Of a stretch of 64,000 nucleotides of DNA, positions 1 to 10,196 are shown in pieces. Source of the stretch: a virus (lineage: Duplodnaviria; Caudoviricetes). Position 1 is the stretch's first letter. Every line of letters begins with the position of its first letter. Below the pieces are notes generated by a model that saw only the letters and a program-made list of their open reading frames with translations, had not been told where the DNA came from and searched no databases. The position numbers and the translations under genes were made by a program. The stretch lies in the IMG/VR virus record IMGVR_UViG_3300027847_001698; one strand, written 5' to 3'.

Positions 1-295
1 TTTCCCCAACAACTATGTATTTAATACCTTTTCTGTTTTCTTCTTCTTTTAAGAATTCTCCTAGAATTGGACCATAACAATTATTTAAGTTATGAACCAA
101 AATATCAGTTCGAGATCCATAATCTACAGGATCAGGAATAGTTTCATTGATTCTTATAACTAAATCATAAGAATCGATTACGGATCCTAAACCAGACCCC
201 ATTATATGTGGGGACGGTCCAACATACGCAACACGTTTACCAGATACAAGATTTGAAAAGTTTTCATCTTTATTAATATTTAGATATGCGGGCAT
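1..295 (-). CDS. GT29 sialyltransferase-like protein (partial, runs off window start; absent from ORF track)
   Basis: Hand translation MPAYLNINKDENFSNLVSGKRVAYVGPSPHIMGSGLGSVIDSYDLVIRINETIPDPVDYGSRTDILVHNLN matches the sialylmotif-L pattern (V-G...L.GS..G..ID..D.V.R.N....DxG..T); ATG at 295 with upstream AAGGA; frame open to base 1. Confidence 0.7.
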   Translation of the reverse strand, partial: MPAYLNINKDENFSNLVSGKRVAYVGPSPHIMGSGLGSVIDSYDLVIRINETIPDPVDYGSRTDILVHNLNNCYGPILGEFLKEEENRKGIKYIVVGE

Positions 296-307
296 TATTT
301 ATATTCC

Positions 308-1165
308 TTATAATTTAGATAAATCAAAAAATTCTGTTATTAGATCATAATTTAAATGATTTGTTTTTTGGCCATTTCGTTCTATAGGTACTATTTTCAT
401 TCTATCTAATACCGATAACATAAATTCTTTAATTCGTAAAGATCGATTATCAGTCTTTAATGTATTTAATGGAAATGGAGAATATGCCATATTGAGGTGC
501 TTCTCTATAGCTTCAAATTTAATAGCCGGACGTATCCATTGCCACATTCTATCCATGTTTCCCATAGGATCACTAACTTGATTATGATTAGACTCACTAG
601 AACTAATATCATTATTGTAGAGTATATTATGTGTTACTACGGCATCATTATAAAATGGAATTTCTAGAATATTGAAGAAATGACAAGATGACCATCCTCC
701 ATCAAACTCTAATGTGTATGGAAAGAACCAATCTAGTAATGAATTATGTACCATCTTAAATCCATTATGGGTAAACAAATGAGAAGAATAATTACAGCTT
801 CTCAAAAAATCATGATCGCCTGAATATTTAGATGAAATATTCTTCCATGGGTATACTGTAAGTGTTGCAGGCACAAGAACAGTTAGATCTTCTATTAGTT
901 GATCCAAAATAGATTTATCACCTAATGCTTCAATACCATAATCATAATCTACAAATCCATAATATTCATAATCTTTAGGAACCATGTCTACTAATATATT
1001 TCTAGTCTCCGCCCATGTAGTATTCGGACAAAACTTAAGTGCATCAGGATGCGGAGAATCATGAGTTACAAAATAAAAATCACACTCATCTTTATTTGCA
1101 AATAACTTTATATGTTCCGGATTTGGTGTAGTCGGTGTTACTTGTAAAATGCATAATTTTTTCAT
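308..1165 (-). CDS. Hypothetical protein, possible GT-A-fold glycosyltransferase
   Basis: FVDYDY DxD-like motif after a hydrophobic strand; lies inside the glycan operon with 4-nt overlap to gmd. Confidence 0.4.
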   Translation of the reverse strand: MKKLCILQVTPTTPNPEHIKLFANKDECDFYFVTHDSPHPDALKFCPNTTWAETRNILVDMVPKDYEYYGFVDYDYGIEALGDKSILDQLIEDLTVLVPATLTVYPWKNISSKYSGDHDFLRSCNYSSHLFTHNGFKMVHNSLLDWFFPYTLEFDGGWSSCHFFNILEIPFYNDAVVTHNILYNNDISSSESNHNQVSDPMGNMDRMWQWIRPAIKFEAIEKHLNMAYSPFPLNTLKTDNRSLRIKEFMLSVLDRMKIVPIERNGQKTNHLNYDLITEFFDLSKL

Positions 1166-2145
1166 TTGACTTCTTTTTTGTATACCTCAAGCCAATGTGT
1201 TGTCATTTCATTCATCATAGTTTCAAATGTATATTTCTTGTCCCAATCAAATAAAGTCTTAGCTTTCGAACAATCCCCTTTAAGATACTTCAATTCATCT
1301 GGTCTCATGTATCTAGGATCTTGTTCTATGTATTGAGTATAATCAAGTCCTAGCTTACTAAATACTTGATCACATAATTCCCTAATTGAATGTGTTATTC
1401 CTGTGGCTATCACAATATCATTAGGTTTATCAAGTTCAAGAATCTTTTTCATTGCTCTTACATAATCATATGAATGACCCCAATCTCTATAAGCATCAAG
1501 ATTACCTAATGTTAAAACATCTTGTAGTCCTAACTTAATTCTAACCGCAGCTTTAACTACTTTATTTGTTACAAAGTTAGCTCCCCGTCTAGGACTCTCA
1601 TGATTAAACAGAATACCATTTGATGCAAATAATTTATATGCTTTTCTATATGATCTAACTATATTATATGCATACAACTTTGCACATCCATATGGACTAA
1701 CTGGTGTCATTGGGGTGGATTCTCTTTGATAATTATCATCATCTACTGAATTACCAAACATCTCAGATGAACTAGCTTGATAGAATCTTGCGGCTGGGCA
1801 TATCTGTCTATAGCATTCTAACATATTTAATACACCCAATGCATTAACTTGGCATGTAAACTGAGGTTGATCGAAACTTATTCGCACATGACTTTGTGCA
1901 GCCAGATTATATATTTCATCTGGCATTATTGCCATCATAGCTTTTTGTATAGATGAAATATCTAGTAAATCACCATATGTTATATTGACCTTACCGTCAA
2001 GATGATCAATGCGGGTGTGCTGATGTTCAGGAGTTGAGTTTCTCCTTACTATTCCGTGTACATCGTATCCTTCATCTAATAAATGTTCAGATAAATATGA
2101 ACCATCCTGGCCAGCTATTCCTGTTATAAATGCTTTCTTTTTCAT
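1162..2145 (-). CDS. gmd: GDP-mannose 4,6-dehydratase
   Basis: ITGIAGQDGSYL, YNLAAQSHV, FYQASSSEMFG, SPYGCAK (YxxxK), GILFNHESPRRG, LGNLDAYRDWGH. Confidence 0.97.
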   Translation of the reverse strand: MKKKAFITGIAGQDGSYLSEHLLDEGYDVHGIVRRNSTPEHQHTRIDHLDGKVNITYGDLLDISSIQKAMMAIMPDEIYNLAAQSHVRISFDQPQFTCQVNALGVLNMLECYRQICPAARFYQASSSEMFGNSVDDDNYQRESTPMTPVSPYGCAKLYAYNIVRSYRKAYKLFASNGILFNHESPRRGANFVTNKVVKAAVRIKLGLQDVLTLGNLDAYRDWGHSYDYVRAMKKILELDKPNDIVIATGITHSIRELCDQVFSKLGLDYTQYIEQDPRYMRPDELKYLKGDCSKAKTLFDWDKKYTFETMMNEMTTHWLEVYKKEVK

Positions 2146-3182
2146 TTTTCCTTCTCTATTTTTAATACAGTTTCACATATATATTCAATATCATCATCAG
2201 TAAGAGTCAAGGATGATGGCAAATATACAATACTTTTATAAACTTTTTCTGTAACTGGGAATTCTTTATGTGAATAGAAATAATTATTATGATATATCGG
2301 AACGTAATATTGAGTTGCCGATATTCCTGATTCTTTTAATTTAGATATCAATGTTAAAGGGTCATCAGATCTAATTATAATTCCCCAGGATGAATCATAA
2401 CCATAATCAATTATATCTAAATATTGTTTATATTTATTCCATATTCTGTTTCGAATACTTAGTAATTCATCTAACTTCTCTAATTGATCTAGGCCGTATG
2501 CTGCAAGAATATCATTAAACTTAAGATTTAAACCTACATGTTCATGTATCCTAGTTTTTCTCCAGTTGCCACCTTGATCTCTTAATTGAAGACTTCTCTC
2601 GTAGATGTTTTTGTCGTTGGTAAATAATACTCCACCTTGACCAGTTGTAACTAGCTTAGGAACTGAGAATGAGAATGTGCCAAATAATCCTTTCTGACCA
2701 CAATCTCTAATACCTATTCCCTGACAAGAATCTTCAATCATTAAAACTTCGCTATCATCACATGCATCACTTATTAAATCTCTATCTTCACCACAATACC
2801 CATTATGGTTTACAAAGATAATACCTGAACATGCAGCCATGCGCTCTATGACTAAATCAGGATTCATGCATAGTGTATCTTCTTTTATATCTATCAATTC
2901 AATATCCAGATTTAAAAATTTAGCTACATTTGCTGCTGCCAAGAAAGAATATGCAGGAAACAAAATAGTTTCCCCTTTTATGAATCCACAGGCATTCATA
3001 CCTAACAATAATGCTGATGTTCCTGAATTAGTAGAAACGCAATACTTACTATTAGTTATCTCACATATTTTCTCTTCAAACTTTCTAACAGTTTCTCCTG
3101 GTCCTACGAAACCAGTTTCCATCTGACTACAAACTCTTTTAACACTAGATGACATTACTAATGGTTCTACTTGATGTATCAT
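2142..3182 (-). CDS. DegT/DnrJ/EryC1/StrS PLP-dependent sugar aminotransferase (perosamine synthase-like)
   Basis: NSGTSAL, IEDSCQ, FSFSVPKLVTTGQGG (PLP lysine), terminal LPSS; adjacent to gmd. Confidence 0.92.
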   Translation of the reverse strand: MIHQVEPLVMSSSVKRVCSQMETGFVGPGETVRKFEEKICEITNSKYCVSTNSGTSALLLGMNACGFIKGETILFPAYSFLAAANVAKFLNLDIELIDIKEDTLCMNPDLVIERMAACSGIIFVNHNGYCGEDRDLISDACDDSEVLMIEDSCQGIGIRDCGQKGLFGTFSFSVPKLVTTGQGGVLFTNDKNIYERSLQLRDQGGNWRKTRIHEHVGLNLKFNDILAAYGLDQLEKLDELLSIRNRIWNKYKQYLDIIDYGYDSSWGIIIRSDDPLTLISKLKESGISATQYYVPIYHNNYFYSHKEFPVTEKVYKSIVYLPSSLTLTDDDIEYICETVLKIEKEK

Positions 3183-3733
3183 GGTTTTGTTGCTTCAATA
3201 TTCAGACTTATCAACCGTCCAGTGGAATCCATATGTGGAATATATGCCATTGAATAATCATCGTAATCTTCTGGCATAACGTCTTGCCATCTATATCGAC
3301 TAACATGTGTAAACCCACATTCATATAAAGTTTCACTCATAGACTTGAAATCATAAGTTGTTTTTTGATAGATATATTTATTTTCTCCATCAACTATTAT
3401 CTTCCAACGTCCAAATATAGGACCTAATATACCTTGGTGATTTAAGTCACCGGTTGTTGAATATACACTAACTATTGATTCGAAATCGGGAACCGATAAT
3501 CTAAGAGTTCCGCCCGATTTTAATACTCTTTTCCACTCAGTTAAAACACCTGGTATTTGAAATCTATCAAAATACACTAATGCTCCACATGAGTAAATTA
3601 TGGATACACTGTCTGATTCAATCATAGGTAGAGTTTCTATTGTATGACAATAATCTATATGTTCAGAATTATTTATATCTACATGGACATATCCTGGAAG
3701 AAATCTATCTCCGCATCCCAAATGTAAATTCAT
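3179..3733 (-). CDS. Class I SAM-dependent methyltransferase (glycan-associated type)
   Basis: LHLGCG motif I, YVHVD, EWKRVLKSGGTLRLSVPDF. Confidence 0.85.
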   Translation of the reverse strand: MNLHLGCGDRFLPGYVHVDINNSEHIDYCHTIETLPMIESDSVSIIYSCGALVYFDRFQIPGVLTEWKRVLKSGGTLRLSVPDFESIVSVYSTTGDLNHQGILGPIFGRWKIIVDGENKYIYQKTTYDFKSMSETLYECGFTHVSRYRWQDVMPEDYDDYSMAYIPHMDSTGRLISLNIEATKP

Positions 3734-4152
3734 TGACTCTGTCCTTGTTCAATCAAATGAGGAGTAATTCTAAATGTATCAGATTCATAATCACTTCCGC
3801 CTCTTGGACCTTTAGAGAAAACTACAAATTCATTATCTTCTAACATGTTTAAAGCGTGAATTTCATATGGAGTAGAAGTAATCAAATCTCCCACCTCCAT
3901 GATTTCACATTTAATGGAATCATTATCATCTCTAGCATCTGTATACCAATATTCCAATCTGCCTTTTGTAACCAAAATAGTTTGAGTACTTTGTTTATGG
4001 TAATGACTACCTCTCCATGCACCTTTTACTGATTTTATTATTGCAACATGATCTATTTTATCCTTATAAAATAGATCAGCTATCACTCCCCTATCATCTT
4101 CATGGACTTCTAATGGTTCTTTTACTTCATTCCATGAATTCCGTTTAATCAT
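3730..4152 (-). CDS. Cupin-fold NDP-sugar epimerase/isomerase (RmlC/WxcM-like)
   Basis: HEDDRG, RGSHYHK cupin motif 1, TPYEIHA cupin motif 2. Confidence 0.8.
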   Translation of the reverse strand: MIKRNSWNEVKEPLEVHEDDRGVIADLFYKDKIDHVAIIKSVKGAWRGSHYHKQSTQTILVTKGRLEYWYTDARDDNDSIKCEIMEVGDLITSTPYEIHALNMLEDNEFVVFSKGPRGGSDYESDTFRITPHLIEQGQSQ

Positions 4153-5366
4153 TCTGTTATCCCATCCATATCCATAATTATGGCTTTGGGATTTATATTA
4201 TATATAATTTCTTTAAGTTTACTTGATAGGTTCCATGACAATATCAATACATAAACCCCTTTATACTTTTCTAGTATTTCATCCCCGGTAATTAGTATTC
4301 TGCTTAATGGAGTATATTTTCCTTGTTTATATTCGGAACAATCCGTAACATAATCTATAACACTACTATCAAGATTATAAAAATTAAGAAATGTATTCCC
4401 CTTTGCTGCTGCACCAACTGCTACAATATTATGCCCCATAGTTTTCAAGGTATATATTTTCTGTAAAAAACTATTTCTTCTACTAAGAATACTTTGCATG
4501 AAAGAATCATACGTAGAAGGTTCAAATAAACCCATAGCCTCTTCTTGAGCTTTAAACTCTCTAACTGAATAAGGAGAACGTACTTTCTTCTTTCCTGCAT
4601 ATATTCTTAATGATCCACCATGATAATCAACAATCTCCGCATCATAAATATATAATCCAGCTTTTCCGAGTAGATTTTGTAAACCAGTTATCGTAAAATA
4701 ACTAACATGTTCATGATAGATTTGATCAAAACGTTGAGTCTCAACTGATGTTGCCCAATATGGTTGTTCACATACAAATGTTCCATTCTCTACTAGTACG
4801 CTTGCAACACCTTTAGCAAAATCTAAAGGATCATTAGAATGATTGAATACATTATTTGCTAGTACAACATCGGCGGCAGTCATATGATCTGCCATATTTA
4901 AATCAAAACACCCATGAATCACATCAATGTCATTTTCGTTAGATATATCCACCATTGCTTTTGCTGCATCTACTCCAGATACATTCATTCCAATAGATTT
5001 AAATTGATTACATAAATAACCATCATTAGATCCAATTTCTACAAGTATAGATTCTGGTTTCAATGATAATTTTTCAGTCACCGTTAATGCATATTCCTCC
5101 CAATGAGCTCTCGCTATTCCCGAATTAGATGATGTATACGAATAATCATAATCATTATATCGTTTAACAGCATCTGATTCATAACCCGTTTGGATATGTC
5201 CACACTTTTGACATAAATGACATTCTAATGGCAACACTGGTTCTGATTCTTCTAATCGTTCTTCCCCTATAAACGTATCACTAAATGGATGAACTCCTAA
5301 TTGAATTATAGGGATTAATGTTTTAGATTTACATGATAGGCATTCAGTTCTTCTCATTTTATCCAC
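4149..5366 (-). CDS. NDP-hexose C3-methyltransferase (NovU/TylC3/EryBIII-like)
   Basis: N-terminal CxxC and CxxC zinc sites, EIGSNDG, ANNVFNH, FDQIYHEHVSYF, HGGSLR, GAAAKGNTFLN. Confidence 0.92.
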   Translation of the reverse strand: MDKMRRTECLSCKSKTLIPIIQLGVHPFSDTFIGEERLEESEPVLPLECHLCQKCGHIQTGYESDAVKRYNDYDYSYTSSNSGIARAHWEEYALTVTEKLSLKPESILVEIGSNDGYLCNQFKSIGMNVSGVDAAKAMVDISNENDIDVIHGCFDLNMADHMTAADVVLANNVFNHSNDPLDFAKGVASVLVENGTFVCEQPYWATSVETQRFDQIYHEHVSYFTITGLQNLLGKAGLYIYDAEIVDYHGGSLRIYAGKKKVRSPYSVREFKAQEEAMGLFEPSTYDSFMQSILSRRNSFLQKIYTLKTMGHNIVAVGAAAKGNTFLNFYNLDSSVIDYVTDCSEYKQGKYTPLSRILITGDEILEKYKGVYVLILSWNLSSKLKEIIYNINPKAIIMDMDGITE

Positions 5367-5764
5367 GCCTTATCGTTTGATTGACCTAGATATGGTCCAT
5401 TTTTAAATTCAAAGACCTTAGTTCCATCTTCAATCATTTCAAAGAAATGGCCACCTCTAAATGTCATACAATAATCTGATGGCAACAATTCTACTTCTTG
5501 TAGTATTGTATCATCTAAATCATAAAATACAGCTTTAAGAACTCCAGCTATAACTATGATTGATTCTTGGGTTATATTATTTTCTTTCTTTACTTCTAAA
5601 TGTTTATGTGCTTCAAATCTTTTTCCAGTATTACCTTTTATTATAGCCATCTGTAAGGCTTCTTGTTCAGTAGTAACATCACATCTACCTTCACTTATGT
5701 CGTCAATATTCCCAACTACATGAAGAAGATTCCCAGGTTCAATTTTAGAATATATTTTTTCCAT
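5354..5764 (-). CDS. WbuC-like cupin-fold protein
   Basis: HKH...ITQESIIV, GGHFFEMIED, EFKNGPYLG..DK pattern typical of O-antigen cluster WbuC cupins. Confidence 0.7.
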   Translation of the reverse strand: MEKIYSKIEPGNLLHVVGNIDDISEGRCDVTTEQEALQMAIIKGNTGKRFEAHKHLEVKKENNITQESIIVIAGVLKAVFYDLDDTILQEVELLPSDYCMTFRGGHFFEMIEDGTKVFEFKNGPYLGQSNDKAWIK

Positions 5765-5765
5765 T

Positions 5766-6572
5766 TTACGCTTGTATTAGTGTTAGGTTTCCCCAATCTT
5801 TATTGGGAGTGCTTATATTGTTTTGTATATTGGATACAGATTTATATTTATTTGCTTTCATCTCGACATATATTTTATGTCTTGATTCGTCTGAGTGAGT
5901 TTCATGACTTACACATGAATGTTCACTTGATATGAATCTATAGTTATTAACAAATTCATGTGGTTCTAAATCTTCTCTATCATCCAAATGACTACATATT
6001 TCAACTAAAGGAGTAGATTTATTAAATATCATTATTCGGTTTAATAAATCTCTTTCTTCTGATCCCCAACCTACAAATTCTTCATCGAATCCTAAAACTG
6101 ATTCAACTAGTTTTCGAGGATAAACCCAACAACTACCATAACGGTCACCTTTTTTGAACTCATAATAAGATTCTTGATATGGGAACGTCATGCCATTTCT
6201 TGATCCGTCTTTAGTTTCATAACATGCAATCTTAAAAACAGTTGATGGACTTGATTCTAACATTGGGACTAATGTTTCTAAAAATTGACTATCAAATCTG
6301 AAATCACAATCCCAACCTAAAACGAAATCGGATTCGCTTCGTTTAAATCCAAAATTCAAAAGTTTTCCTCTACTCCAATCACAATCAAGATCAACAACAT
6401 AATGTGTTAAATTATCTAATTTTATAGTATCCGGATTTACTATATTTTCACTAACTGCTTCCGTTATAACAAACGCACAATCATTCAGGTTATCTTGAGT
6501 TGAGATAGATTTAATAGAATCGGGAATCATATGAAGTCTATCTTTCAAACACATACAAAATGTCAATATCAT
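5766..6572 (-). CDS. Glycosyltransferase family 2
   Basis: WSRGKLLNFG, LGWDCDF (DxD), GFDEEFVGWGSEERDL. Confidence 0.85.
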   Translation of the reverse strand: MILTFCMCLKDRLHMIPDSIKSISTQDNLNDCAFVITEAVSENIVNPDTIKLDNLTHYVVDLDCDWSRGKLLNFGFKRSESDFVLGWDCDFRFDSQFLETLVPMLESSPSTVFKIACYETKDGSRNGMTFPYQESYYEFKKGDRYGSCWVYPRKLVESVLGFDEEFVGWGSEERDLLNRIMIFNKSTPLVEICSHLDDREDLEPHEFVNNYRFISSEHSCVSHETHSDESRHKIYVEMKANKYKSVSNIQNNISTPNKDWGNLTLIQA

Positions 6573-9500
6573 GTTATTAATTCTTCTTCTAATGTAGACA
6601 TCCTAAAACAATCTAAACTACTACCAGGACTACAATTAACTACTTCCACCCCATGTTCCTTAGAGAATTCAGCAAATGCATTCCATGCTGGTCTATGAAA
6701 TATTTCTGGTTTAGGATAGTTATATTTATCCCCAACTTTTTGGTAATCATCAAGCCAATAGTTTTCATTTTTTGCAGGCGGTTTAGTTATTACTAACTTC
6801 CCTCCAATTTCAGATGCACCATCAACTATTTCTTTGTACTTACAGTCAACCCCAACAAGAATTATTTTTGTATAACCCAAGATGAGTGCTACTTGACAAC
6901 AGTTAACTCCAGTGTTTCCACCATAACCAAACGTTTCAAATGTATCTCCAAATTCAGCAATGTCACTATTTCTCAAATGAAGATTGACATATTGAAATCT
7001 ATCATTAGCAGAAATATTCAAAGCCATAAAAAAGCGTTTAATTGGTACATTTGAGTCATTTATCATCTTCTCAAATTCAGCTTGGTGATTAGGTATTACT
7101 GTTTCATCAAAGCAACCAAAATACTTAGGCCACCATTTGTTTTCATAATACCATCTATATGCACCATTCATTCCAAACGTATCAACATTCTCAATTAAAT
7201 CAAAATTGATTTCTTTCATTGATGGCCCATTACCCATTATCACTATAGTTTTTTGGGTGTAATCTTTCTTTTCTACCAGTTTAGAATCTCCCCATCCGTT
7301 AGGATTAACTTCCATTACTCGTCCTCTTTGATTTTTAATCATTCTTCGTTTATTTATGTCATAATGTGCCATATCATCTCTACTTTCATCACCATGAGAT
7401 AAATGATATATGTATCCATGCTCTGTAATATATTCCACGTCAATACCATACTTCCTGCATATCCGATCGTTAGCATCTAACTCCTCAAAACCATAAAATT
7501 TAAATTCCTCATCATATCCATTTACTCCCTGAATATGTTTCGTTTTATAAATATACATTCCACCATATAATTGACCTGGATGAAACTTATGACCCCCCCT
7601 ATATGAATGTCCAGTCTCCGTGACACGTATACCATAAAATGTTTGAGTGAAATTCCACCCCAACAAGTCTTCTCTAAAAGTGTTTAGAAATTTATCTGGA
7701 AAAATAAAATCAGCATCCCATGAACTAACAAAAGTGGTTGTTGCTCGTCTAAATCCATAGTTACATGTTTTGGATCTATTCCATTTATCACCGGTATTAA
7801 TTACATAATGATCTATATGTTTAGCATATTTGAAATTGGAAAGATCTAATAAGTCATCACTGTAATCTTCTGATATAATAAAATTACAATAAGGGATTGT
7901 TCTTTCATTAACTAAACTTTCAATAGATCTAATAGCTGTTTCTGATCTATTTTTTAGACACATACAAAATGTTATTAGTTTTGAATCCTTTACTATTACT
8001 TGTAAATTTCCAGCTCTTCCCCAATTAGGATTAGTCCATTTGGAATTATTCGCTAATGGTAAATTGCCAGTCGCTCTGTCTTGAAAAAATGAACCAACTT
8101 TTGGAGTTGCACGTCTAGCGTGATTTATATGCAAAAGTATATAATCAGAATTACTATGGAGATCTATACTATCTGTTTTTTCAAGTCTTCTACATAACTC
8201 AGTATCATCATGACCCCATCCAAATATATCTTCACTATAACCACATGCCTTATGCCAATCTCCACGATGCATTGCAAAACATGCACCAAGACCACCTTTA
8301 TCTTTATCTAGACCTTCCCACTTCTCTAATGTCATACTTGGTTGCTGTTTAGATACATGAGAACATAAGCATATTCTGGCATGACCTAACGATACTTCAT
8401 CTCGTAAATAATTGAAAATATTAGAAGTGAACATGATGTCAATATCAGTTTTCACTATTATAGCAGACGTATCCTGAACTGCCCTTATTCCATAATTTAC
8501 AGTCTTCCCTATTGAAAATTGAGTCTGTTCAATTGGATACATGATGTATGATACATTATCATAATTAGAATTGTAATGGGTATTAGTTACTACAATTACG
8601 TTAATTTGCATAGATACAAATACAGATCTGTTCATTTCAAGAAAGGCATCTACCTTTCTTTTTTCTATATTATATCCTGCAACTACAACATATATTGGAA
8701 TTATATCTTTAGCTATTGATTTTATACGATTGATATATACTACTTCGGTTGATATATCAGGGTGATTAACTCCAGATGATCCTTTCCGTCTATGGATAAT
8801 AGTATTTGTTTTAGGAGTGTCTAACTTCCCAATAAGCTTCCCAAATATTTTTCCGGAAGTAGTTGACACTCCAGTATAATTTAAAAAATCTACTGAGAAA
8901 TCTAATACAGTAACAGTTCCTTTTGAATCATTCCACCGTATTCGTAATCTCCTTCCTTTAACTGCCAACTCTCCCCTAATTCCACCCCACCCCGTACATT
9001 CCCCAAGAATAGAAAAGTAAAACTCAGTCTTAATACCTTTAATAGAGTTATAACTATAAGTCCGACCTATTAATAAGGTTAGAATATCTTGTTTGTCCAT
9101 TATGTATGCCTCTTCGCCTTCATTACAGTCCTTATTGTACCATTCCATATTTCGAGCCACATAAGGGCGTCTGGACCTAAGAGCACAATCACCTTGTACA
9201 TATCGTTGATATACAGCAAACGAATCATTAATATCCGCATAATATGCATCTTTATCTGGCATTAAGTTTTGCCAGTGTTGTTCTTCCTCTATAATTCTGT
9301 CAGGTTTAGATTGAATTTCGGGTAGATCGTTTATCTCTAGTGACAATCCAACCTTTTTCATGGTCGGATATTTTCTTGCTAGACTGATTAAAAAATCAAT
9401 GCTGTTTGATGGACAATTCTCTTTTGGTAATATAGAACTACTTGTTATAAAATAATAATTAAACTCACCTATAAGTTTTAGTTCTCTATTTAATATATCG

Positions 9501-9790
9501 TAATCCAATTTTGGGAAAGATACAAACTTTATATCACTATATGTATTCTTTAGACTGTCAGGTATTTCCTCGTATGCAACATACAAGGAAAGGCTATGTC
9601 CAGTTTTACATCTAGTAAACCAAGCTAATATTCTTCGTAAATACGAAATCGGATTCTTTTTGTAATGCAGTATAATTATTGGTATTTTATTATTTTCTTT
9701 TACGTTCATAAAAAAACGGGATTTAACCCGCTCTTCCAAATTAAGGTTTAATTTCTTGGGTGTCTCCGCATTCACCTGAAGCGCATTCAC
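6569..9790 (-). CDS. Multidomain glycosyltransferase: GT-like N-domain, two GT2 domains and a C-terminal Cst/Maf (DUF115)-like Rossmann domain
   Basis: KTDIDIMF/GWGHDD and SWDADF/GFEELD GT2 motif pairs; C-terminal IVIMGNGPSMKEI..FGMN..GNTG..ALILGYTKIILVGVD; start may be GTG 9790 or ATG 9709. Confidence 0.8.
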   Translation of the reverse strand: MNALQVNAETPKKLNLNLEERVKSRFFMNVKENNKIPIIILHYKKNPISYLRRILAWFTRCKTGHSLSLYVAYEEIPDSLKNTYSDIKFVSFPKLDYDILNRELKLIGEFNYYFITSSSILPKENCPSNSIDFLISLARKYPTMKKVGLSLEINDLPEIQSKPDRIIEEEQHWQNLMPDKDAYYADINDSFAVYQRYVQGDCALRSRRPYVARNMEWYNKDCNEGEEAYIMDKQDILTLLIGRTYSYNSIKGIKTEFYFSILGECTGWGGIRGELAVKGRRLRIRWNDSKGTVTVLDFSVDFLNYTGVSTTSGKIFGKLIGKLDTPKTNTIIHRRKGSSGVNHPDISTEVVYINRIKSIAKDIIPIYVVVAGYNIEKRKVDAFLEMNRSVFVSMQINVIVVTNTHYNSNYDNVSYIMYPIEQTQFSIGKTVNYGIRAVQDTSAIIVKTDIDIMFTSNIFNYLRDEVSLGHARICLCSHVSKQQPSMTLEKWEGLDKDKGGLGACFAMHRGDWHKACGYSEDIFGWGHDDTELCRRLEKTDSIDLHSNSDYILLHINHARRATPKVGSFFQDRATGNLPLANNSKWTNPNWGRAGNLQVIVKDSKLITFCMCLKNRSETAIRSIESLVNERTIPYCNFIISEDYSDDLLDLSNFKYAKHIDHYVINTGDKWNRSKTCNYGFRRATTTFVSSWDADFIFPDKFLNTFREDLLGWNFTQTFYGIRVTETGHSYRGGHKFHPGQLYGGMYIYKTKHIQGVNGYDEEFKFYGFEELDANDRICRKYGIDVEYITEHGYIYHLSHGDESRDDMAHYDINKRRMIKNQRGRVMEVNPNGWGDSKLVEKKDYTQKTIVIMGNGPSMKEINFDLIENVDTFGMNGAYRWYYENKWWPKYFGCFDETVIPNHQAEFEKMINDSNVPIKRFFMALNISANDRFQYVNLHLRNSDIAEFGDTFETFGYGGNTGVNCCQVALILGYTKIILVGVDCKYKEIVDGASEIGGKLVITKPPAKNENYWLDDYQKVGDKYNYPKPEIFHRPAWNAFAEFSKEHGVEVVNCSPGSSLDCFRMSTLEEELIT
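9710..9734 (-). terminator. Intrinsic terminator-like hairpin
   Basis: Minus strand GCGGG-UUAAAU-CCCGU followed by a U-tract, just past the stop of 9741..10196. Confidence 0.55.
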
Positions 9791-10196
9791 TTAACACCCC
9801 AGAAATACTATCATCCGATACGGTATGAATGCATCTTTTCCCGGATGAATCAATGATGATTACTTTATACGTCCCCTCAACCGGAGGATCCATATATGCA
9901 GGAGCAGGATCAGCAGCAGATTTATGATTTGCTTTCCACATAAGTTTATTAGAGTCGGAAAGCGTAAGAGCATACGCCGTCGTGATTGCCGATCTAGTGG
10001 CCTCCCATATTTGACAGGGAACCGGATCCAGTGTGCTTTTCACCAAAGTTTCTGTAAGATTTCTAACAAATCTAGCAAATTCTAAAGCTTCAGCTTCAGT
10101 ATTGAACTCAAGTTTAATATCTGTATTCTGATCGAAGTCAAACTGCGGCTGCAGTTCTTCCCACGGCGACAAATCCCAAAACGTTGTAACTGGCAT
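9741..10196 (-). CDS. Hypothetical protein
   Basis: 151-aa ORF flanked by a promoter-like motif and a terminator; no motif recognised. Confidence 0.6.
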   Translation of the reverse strand: MPVTTFWDLSPWEELQPQFDFDQNTDIKLEFNTEAEALEFARFVRNLTETLVKSTLDPVPCQIWEATRSAITTAYALTLSDSNKLMWKANHKSAADPAPAYMDPPVEGTYKVIIIDSSGKRCIHTVSDDSISGVLSECASGECGDTQEIKP

